Shown here: one piece after another, positions 58,090 through 64,000 of the stretch
Layout of the letters: each line of letters opens with the position of its first letter
Position numbering within the stretch: position 1 is the first letter of the stretch
DNA from: Calditrichales bacterium
GTDB lineage: Bacteria > Calditrichota > Calditrichia > Calditrichales > J004
Direction: 5' to 3'
Length of the DNA stretch: 64,000 bases
NCBI GenBank assembly: GCA_965267575.1
Contig: OZ254086.1
Span: forward strand, 1,536,001 to 1,600,000
Notes under the pieces: model-generated
Told to the model about the DNA's origin: nothing
What the model saw: the letters and a program-made list of their open reading frames with translations, nothing else
Database searches by the model: none
Translations under genes and position numbers: made by a program

Positions 58090-59622
58090 TTATAGGCGAC
58101 TGTTCCAGGTAAGCTCAAGGCCTTCAAACGGCAATACTTCATAACATATACCGCCGGTGCAGGCATTCCCTCCACGCCGCTTTCCGTAAAAAAGTCCGAG
58201 GTCGTGGCGGCCGTTAAAACGATACAAAACAGAAATGGCGGGCCAGTAGTCAAATTCCAGGTTTTGTCCAAGGCGGTCGTTTTCAAGGGGATCGTTACTG
58301 CGCTCGACCAGCATTGAAACGGAAAAATCTGGGGCATAGCTGAGTGTTGCGCTGGCAAGCTGGTTCTGCGCGGAATGATCAAATTGAGGATTGCCATAAT
58401 CTCTGTCAAACCACTGTTGCTGCAACTCGCCGTTTATGCTCCATAAGCCGCCAAGGGTCTTCTCCACCGCAATACCCCCCGTATAACGGTCCCTGATCAG
58501 AAAAAGGTCATCTTCTGAAAAATCGCCAAATGCCTTTACCAGCAAACCGTCCGTCAGGTAAAGATTGATGTCGGCGTAGTATTCACGAAAAATCAGCAAC
58601 GCTGAGCCAAAATCATTCTGGGCGTAGCTGTTATTCAGCGTCACCGTATTGGACCCGCCGATGTTTACCAGCAGTTCGGCCTGATAGCCTTTTTCGTTGA
58701 CAGGCTCCACGTTGTGAGTGGCACGGTTGAGCAGCGTGTAACTGTGCTGACGAACCAGTTGCGGCGCCTCGTTAAAAACCAGGTTGAAATCATTATAATC
58801 CTTGTACTCCAGCGTCAGGCTGGCCCGGCTGCCCAGTGTCTGGCTGATGCTGCCATAAAAAGCGTGCGGCGATTGTTTCCCGAATTTAAGCAGCTGATAG
58901 CGCGGCGAGCTGTTTTGAACATACTCCGCGTAATACTGCGTTTGCCCCAGGTATCCTGAAAAATTGGCTCCGGCGTACTCCATTACGTTGCCGTCCGTGT
59001 CCGAGCGCAGGTAAAGTATACCGGGCGTCGCGTAGCCGGCCAGATTAACGTTGACCTCACCACCGTGCACCAGGCTGGGACGTCGCTGCTCTTTTTTGCG
59101 CATCGGCGGGGCGCTGAAATCAAGCGGTCTGCCGCTAAGCACTTTTGCCGAAATGAGATCGCCCTGGTAGCGGACGGAAACACCTTCGATGTCTTTAAAA
59201 AAGGCATAGCGCTGGCGGCTGGCACCATCTTCAAAAGTGGTGCCGGGAACCTCGTAGCCCCTCAGCAACAATCCGCGTCCCAGTATTTCATAAAAATGGC
59301 CGGCCTGTACTCGCCAGTCTCCGACGGAGTAACGCCCGTAAAGCTGGCTGAGACGCTGGTATTCGGCGGGGCCGTCCACGTAAAAAGTCTCTATGCGCGC
59401 GCCCAGCGTAAGGCCGTCGCCGGAATAGCGCAGATTAAGCTGATTGTAAAGATTAGTGCGATTGCTCGGCTCCAGACGAGGCTCGTTGCCGGCCTGGTAT
59501 TCGCCACGCATCGTAACGTTTAGCTGCGCCGCAGATTCCCGTGGGATCAAAAGCAAAAACAGGCAGGATGCAATCGCAAAAAGAAAAAAGGAAGAGTTTT
59601 GGAAATTGTGTTTATTGCTCAT
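58090..59622 (-). CDS. Outer-membrane beta-barrel protein (DUF6029-like)
   Basis: Signal peptide, alternating beta-strand pattern, G.FYEILGRGLLLR, C-terminal RRGG..CTGGIC...LPFEG. Confidence 0.7.
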   Translation of the reverse strand: MSNKHNFQNSSFFLFAIASCLFLLLIPRESAAQLNVTMRGEYQAGNEPRLEPSNRTNLYNQLNLRYSGDGLTLGARIETFYVDGPAEYQRLSQLYGRYSVGDWRVQAGHFYEILGRGLLLRGYEVPGTTFEDGASRQRYAFFKDIEGVSVRYQGDLISAKVLSGRPLDFSAPPMRKKEQRRPSLVHGGEVNVNLAGYATPGILYLRSDTDGNVMEYAGANFSGYLGQTQYYAEYVQNSSPRYQLLKFGKQSPHAFYGSISQTLGSRASLTLEYKDYNDFNLVFNEAPQLVRQHSYTLLNRATHNVEPVNEKGYQAELLVNIGGSNTVTLNNSYAQNDFGSALLIFREYYADINLYLTDGLLVKAFGDFSEDDLFLIRDRYTGGIAVEKTLGGLWSINGELQQQWFDRDYGNPQFDHSAQNQLASATLSYAPDFSVSMLVERSNDPLENDRLGQNLEFDYWPAISVLYRFNGRHDLGLFYGKRRGGNACTGGICYEVLPFEGLELTWNSRL

Positions 59623-60100
59623 CTCCGGCCCCCAGCAGCGTCTCAATTTCCTTTTTGATCACCTGTTCATCGCCGGGGCGGTAACCGGTATGGGTGTACA
59701 CAATCTCGTTTTGCGCATTCACGATCAGCAGCGTGGGGTAACTGCTTACGCCAAGCTCGGCGGCCAGCTCGGCGTTGGGATCGCGCAAAATGGGATAGGT
59801 AATATTATGAATTTGACTGAACGGTTTAACTTTGGCGCTGTTGCGCGGGCCGTCCACACTTATCCCGATCAGTTCCACGCCGCGGTCACGATAGGTTTTG
59901 TAAATGGCGTTGAGCTTGGGGATGGACTGAACACAGGGTTTACACCACGTGGCCCAAAAATCGATCAGAGTCAGTTTTTCGCCCTGCAGTTCCGAAAAAC
60001 GCGTGTTTTGATTGTCCAGGTTCTTCAGGGTAAAGTCGGGCACATCCGCGGCATATAGCAGCGAGCAGAATGCAAGCGATAGAAAAAATCCTTTAATCAT
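59612..60100 (-). CDS. TlpA-family thiol:disulfide oxidoreductase
   Basis: Signal peptide, IDFWATWCKPC, ISVD, YPT cis-Pro loop, HTGY.PGDE. Confidence 0.93.
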   Translation of the reverse strand: MIKGFFLSLAFCSLLYAADVPDFTLKNLDNQNTRFSELQGEKLTLIDFWATWCKPCVQSIPKLNAIYKTYRDRGVELIGISVDGPRNSAKVKPFSQIHNITYPILRDPNAELAAELGVSSYPTLLIVNAQNEIVYTHTGYRPGDEQVIKKEIETLLGAGDEQ

Positions 60101-60111
60101 GTAAGATTTCC

Positions 60112-60627
60112 TTATTGTAGAAGTCCGTCGATGACGCCTTTAATTTCACTGATATTCACACGGCGTTTTTTGTAAACGATGTTTTGGTCCTGGTCCACGA
60201 TGACGATGGAGTCGTAGGACACACCGTAGACGTTGCCCACACCGCTGGCTTCAAGCAGCAGCGGATAGCTGGCGCCCGTGGCGATCTTGAAATTGTTGGC
60301 CAGCTGGCTGCGTGTTCCGTTCCAGACATCCAGCCCCAGCACCTGCACGTTTTGGCCCATATAGCCCTGATGCAGCTGGCTTTCCACCGAAGGGCCCTCG
60401 CCGATGCACAGCGGACAGTTGTAACCCAGGAAAAACAATACAACCACTTCGCCCTGATAATCGCTAAGCGAGACGCTGCCATGGTCCAGGCTTTCCAGTG
60501 TAAAATCCGGCGCGCTTTGGGCATTGTTGTTATTTGTACCATCATCATCATTGTTGCTGCTTGTGCTGTTCTCCGAGCAGGCAATCAGGAAAAGAAATAA
60601 TAATAATAAAGAGGCAATTTTGTACAT
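60112..60627 (-). CDS. Redoxin (thioredoxin-fold, CxxC) lipoprotein
   Basis: Lipobox LIAC, Asn/Asp-rich linker, APDFTL, GYNCPLC; GGAG RBS before ATG 60627. Confidence 0.85.
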   Translation of the reverse strand: MYKIASLLLLFLFLIACSENSTSSNNDDDGTNNNNAQSAPDFTLESLDHGSVSLSDYQGEVVVLFFLGYNCPLCIGEGPSVESQLHQGYMGQNVQVLGLDVWNGTRSQLANNFKIATGASYPLLLEASGVGNVYGVSYDSIVIVDQDQNIVYKKRRVNISEIKGVIDGLLQ

Positions 60628-60671
60628 GGTTTTACTCCGTGATCGATTTCTGGCATAATTGTAAGGGAGAT

Positions 60672-60693
60672 TGCTCACAAAATGTTCACAAAA
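60672..60693. promoter_or_regulatory. 11-bp direct repeat TGYTCACAAAA x2, putative operator
   Basis: TGCTCACAAAA 60672 and TGTTCACAAAA 60683, just upstream of a minus-strand TACAAT (60663-60658). Confidence 0.4.
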
Positions 60694-60805
60694 GCCTAAA
60701 AGAGGAAAGGGTATGAAGCCGCGGCTTTCTTGTTTTTGTTCGCAGGCCCCTTTAAATTTGGCGCTCATGTAAAACGCATTTACTTATAGTCACCCGGAGG
60801 TTCTT

Positions 60806-62158
60806 TTGTCCCGATTGATGGTTTCTGTTTCCGGTGTTCGCGGTGAGATTGGCTCTACACTGACCCCGGAAGTTATTCAAAAATACACGCTGGCTTACGG
60901 CACATTTGTAAAAGGTGGAAAAGTTATCCTGGGGCGCGATTCCCGCGTGTCCGGACCATTTGTGATGGACTTGGTAAAAGGTTGTCTGGTGGCTACCGGC
61001 TGCACCGTCATCGATATCGGTATTGTGCCGACGCCGACAGTGCAAATGGCCATCGAGCATCACAAGGCGGATGGTGGTATTGCCATCACAGCCAGCCATA
61101 ACCCGATCCAGTGGAACGGACTGAAGTTTATGGATGCCAACGGGCGCTTCCTCAATCCCGAGCGCGCGCAGATGGTTTATGAGATGGCCGACCGCGGCGA
61201 CGTGACACTGAAAGAGTGGCAGGAGCTGGGGAAAGTGGAGCAGGACGACGAAGCCAACGAAAGGCATATTGATGCGATCCTGGCGCTGGATTACATTGAC
61301 GTTAATAAAATCAAAAAGAAAAAATTTAAGGTAGTGCTGGATACGGTAAATGGCGCCGGTGGCTTGATTGTGCCGCAGCTTCTGAAAAAACTGGGCTGTG
61401 ACCTGACGGTGTTGAACGGCGAGCCCCATGGCCGATTTGCCCATACGCCCGAGCCGCTGCCGGAAAACATTCGCGATCTGGCCAGCAAAGTGCGCGAAGA
61501 GAAGGCCGATGTCGGTTTTGCCGTTGATCCCGATGTGGACCGCTGCGCCATTGTGGATAATGAAGGCAATCCGCTGGGTGAAGAATACACATTGGCGCTG
61601 GCGGTGAAATTGGTGCTTTCGCAAAAAATGGGACGCGTTGTCGTAAATATGTCCACATCACGCACTTCGGAAGATATTGCCCGCTACCACAATTGCATGT
61701 TTGTGCGCAGCAAGGTGGGTGAGATAAACGTGGCCGAAAAGATGCTGGAAGTGGACGCCATTATCGGCGGTGAGGGCAACGGCGGCGTTATTCTGCCAGA
61801 GTTACATGTTGGACGTGACGCGCCGCTGGCCGTGGCGATGACGCTGCAGTTTATGGCTGATTTCGACGGTACGCTGAAGGAGCTGAAAGCGTCGCTGCCG
61901 CAATACACCATGGTGAAGGACAAGATAGATATTGAGGGCGTTGACCCGGACAAAGTAATAGCGGCGTTGACCGATAAGTACAAAAAAGAACAGCTCAACC
62001 TTCTGGACGGGCTCAAGATAGATTTTGACGACAGCTGGGTGCATCTGCGCAAATCCAACACGGAGCCGATTGTGCGCATCATTGCCGAGGCACCGACGAC
62101 AGAGAAGGCGCGGGAGCTGGTGGATACTTTTAAAAAAGAGATCGGTTCGGTGAACTGA
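60806..62158 (+). CDS. Alpha-D-phosphohexomutase family enzyme (GlmM/PMM-PGM-like)
   Basis: ITASHNP phosphoserine loop, DPDVDR metal loop, GEGNGG sugar loop, RKSNTEP; TTG start behind GGAGG. Confidence 0.93.
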   Translation: MSRLMVSVSGVRGEIGSTLTPEVIQKYTLAYGTFVKGGKVILGRDSRVSGPFVMDLVKGCLVATGCTVIDIGIVPTPTVQMAIEHHKADGGIAITASHNPIQWNGLKFMDANGRFLNPERAQMVYEMADRGDVTLKEWQELGKVEQDDEANERHIDAILALDYIDVNKIKKKKFKVVLDTVNGAGGLIVPQLLKKLGCDLTVLNGEPHGRFAHTPEPLPENIRDLASKVREEKADVGFAVDPDVDRCAIVDNEGNPLGEEYTLALAVKLVLSQKMGRVVVNMSTSRTSEDIARYHNCMFVRSKVGEINVAEKMLEVDAIIGGEGNGGVILPELHVGRDAPLAVAMTLQFMADFDGTLKELKASLPQYTMVKDKIDIEGVDPDKVIAALTDKYKKEQLNLLDGLKIDFDDSWVHLRKSNTEPIVRIIAEAPTTEKARELVDTFKKEIGSVN

Positions 62159-62445
62159 TGCAAATCTGCCGCGTGGTCGGGGATGTGGTTTCGGTAGTTA
62201 AGAATCCGCGCCTGGCGAATAAAAAGATTTTGCTGGTGCAGCCGTTGGACCTGAAAGGCCAATTGAGCGGCACCGCGATTCTGGCGCTGGACACGGTTGA
62301 TGCCGGCGTTGGCGACCGCGTTCTGGTGATGCGCGAGGGCGGTTCGGCACGTATCGTGTTTAATGACAAGGAAACACCGGTTCAGGCTGTCATTACCGGC
62401 GTGGTGGATGATATAGATGTGCCGGATGAAAAAGATACTTTATAA
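62158..62445 (+). CDS. Bacterial microcompartment vertex (pentamer) protein, EutN/CcmL family
   Basis: MQICRVVGDVVS..K...L..KKILLVQP, ALDTVDAGVGD.VLV..EGGSAR, PVQAVITGVVD. Confidence 0.93.
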   Translation: MQICRVVGDVVSVVKNPRLANKKILLVQPLDLKGQLSGTAILALDTVDAGVGDRVLVMREGGSARIVFNDKETPVQAVITGVVDDIDVPDEKDTL

Positions 62446-62461
62446 ACTTTGAGAGAAGAAC

Positions 62462-63307
62462 ATGTCTTCCATAACAAGCCACGATATTGAAAGTATAATC
62501 AGCCAGGTGATAAACGAAACCAGCCTGGACACCTGCCCCCATTGCGAGGAAAAGCGGCCGTTCAGCTACGAAGCCGGCAACGAGCTTGTTTCCTTCGGGG
62601 CGTCGCGAATCGGTGTGGTGGCGCCAAGTTGCCCGCCCAAATACGAAATGGCCCGCTGGATCGATCATACGCAGCTTAAGCCGGATACCAGCGAACAGCA
62701 GATCGAACATATCTGCGAAGAGGCACGGCAGCATCATTTTGCGTCGGTTTGCATCAACCCCACGTGGGTGCCGCTGTGCCACAAATTGCTGCGCGGCAGT
62801 GGCGTAAAGGTGTGCACGGTAATCGGCTTTCCGCTGGGGGCAACGCTGCCGCAAGTAAAGGCGTTGGAGACAAAGCTGGTGATCGACCAGGGCGCCGATG
62901 AAGTGGATATGGTGATTAACGTGGGCGCGCTGAAGTCGGGCGACCTGGCAATGGTGGAGCATGATATACGATCGGTAGTGCGCGCGGCATCGCGCAAGGT
63001 GGTTAAGGTGATCCTTGAGACCTGCCTGCTCAGCGAAGAGGAGAAGGTGACGGCCTGTGTCATTGCCAAAAAGGCCGGCGCCGATTTTGTAAAGACTTCG
63101 ACCGGGTTTAGTCATGGCGGCGCGACGGTAGCCGATGTGGCGCTGATGCGTGAGGCGGTTGGCCGGGAAATGGGCGTAAAGGCCAGCGGCGGTGTGCGCA
63201 GTTACGAAGAGGCCTGCAAGATGGTTGAAGCCGGGGCCACCCGTATCGGGGCCAGTGCCAGCGTGGCGATCGTAGGAAACGGTGTGCCCGAAAAAAGCGG
63301 TTATTAA
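62462..63307 (+). CDS. deoC: Deoxyribose-phosphate aldolase with ~60-aa N-terminal extension
   Basis: [53 protein letters not shown]. Confidence 0.96.
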   Translation: MSSITSHDIESIISQVINETSLDTCPHCEEKRPFSYEAGNELVSFGASRIGVVAPSCPPKYEMARWIDHTQLKPDTSEQQIEHICEEARQHHFASVCINPTWVPLCHKLLRGSGVKVCTVIGFPLGATLPQVKALETKLVIDQGADEVDMVINVGALKSGDLAMVEHDIRSVVRAASRKVVKVILETCLLSEEEKVTACVIAKKAGADFVKTSTGFSHGGATVADVALMREAVGREMGVKASGGVRSYEEACKMVEAGATRIGASASVAIVGNGVPEKSGY

Positions 63308-63313
63308 AGCACT

Positions 63314-63547
63314 ATGACCACGAGCGACCATCAACACAATCTTGAGGCAAAAATCGTCTTCTACCGGTTTTTAGTTGGTGCGTCCATTGTCCTTACGCTC
63401 ACAATAGCGCCGCTACTTACACTTTTAAACGTTTTGGATTTTAATGACTGGACTGTGGTTCTTGCGATAGCCCCTTTTGTTTTTTTAACCCACTATTCAC
63501 ATCAAAAACTGCAAAAATTGAAAGCCCGCCGAAAAAGAAGATTATGA
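63314..63547 (+). CDS. Small two-TM hypothetical membrane protein
   Basis: 77 aa with two hydrophobic segments and a basic tail; stop overlaps the next start (ATGA). Confidence 0.55.
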   Translation: MTTSDHQHNLEAKIVFYRFLVGASIVLTLTIAPLLTLLNVLDFNDWTVVLAIAPFVFLTHYSHQKLQKLKARRKRRL

Positions 63548-64000
63548 CGGCATACGAAATTATAAGCAAAAAAAGAGATGGCAAAACACTAAGCCAAGAT
63601 GAGATTGAATTTATGGTTCACGGCACCAACGGCGACGTGCCGGATTACCAGCTTTCGGCCTGGCTTATGGCGATTTTCCTTAATGGAATGGATGCCAAAG
63701 AGAGCCATTGGCTGACCCAGGCCATGCTGCATTCCGGGGATGTGGTTGACCTGTCGGAAATAGGCGCTGTTAAGGTGGACAAGCACAGCACCGGCGGCGT
63801 GGGTGATAAAATGTCGATTGCCCTGGCGCCGATTGTAGCCGCGGCGGGTGTACCCGTTCCGATGATCTCGGGGCGCGGTTTGGGTCACACGGGCGGTACG
63901 CTGGACAAGCTGGAAAGCATTCCCGGCTTCCGCGTCGACTACGATACCGCCACCTATAAAAAACTGGTGCGCGAAAACGGCTGCTGCCTGATCGGGCAAA
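63544..64000 (+). CDS. pdp: Thymidine / pyrimidine-nucleoside phosphorylase, 3'-truncated by the window edge
   Basis: Absent from the ORF track; my translation gives MTAYEIISKKRDG...PDYQLSAWLMAI...VDKHSTGGVGDK...PMISGRGLGHTGGTLDKLESIPG. Confidence 0.95.
   Translation, partial: MTAYEIISKKRDGKTLSQDEIEFMVHGTNGDVPDYQLSAWLMAIFLNGMDAKESHWLTQAMLHSGDVVDLSEIGAVKVDKHSTGGVGDKMSIALAPIVAAAGVPVPMISGRGLGHTGGTLDKLESIPGFRVDYDTATYKKLVRENGCCLIGQ

Noticed and set aside
57305-60627. Selenocysteine (UGA) recoding in the redoxins
   Set aside because: All three CxxC motifs use Cys codons in uninterrupted frames.

Overview
Bacterial chromosomal window of mostly core genes, with about 60 CDS and no rRNA, tRNA, CRISPR array or transposase that I could recognise. 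Gene content suggests an FCB-related lineage such as Calditrichota (inference from a PorX-like REC-PglZ protein, an FCB-type RNA polymerase omega and an NYPNPFNP/FlgD-type C-terminal sorting domain). Housekeeping genes include acs, pckA, ychF, the crcB-DUF190-rlmB-porX-like-tsaE-tsaB-rimI-accD-surE-guaA-glmS operon, glpD, ilvE, rpoZ, pcm and era. The most notable parts are: (1) a satellite microcompartment-type locus at the right end (phosphohexomutase, BMC vertex protein, DeoC with an encapsulation-peptide-like extension, pyrimidine-nucleoside phosphorylase), suggesting encapsulated deoxynucleoside catabolism; (2) an orphan KaiB between a Rcp1-like receiver and a REC-PAS-PAS-DHp-REC protein with no ATPase domain; (3) two head-to-head CLC-CBS-TrkA_C paralogues with different selectivity-filter motifs; (4) a phosphate-uptake plus lipid-remodelling locus with 11-bp-period operator-like repeats; (5) an envelope thiol-redox operon; (6) intergenic composite repeats (REP-like palindromes stacked with 6-, 8- and 9-bp tandem arrays, plus an inverted 8-mer array upstream of crcB); (7) a GC-mosaic lipoprotein gene downstream of glmS. 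All functional calls come from motif recognition by eye; no database searches were run.
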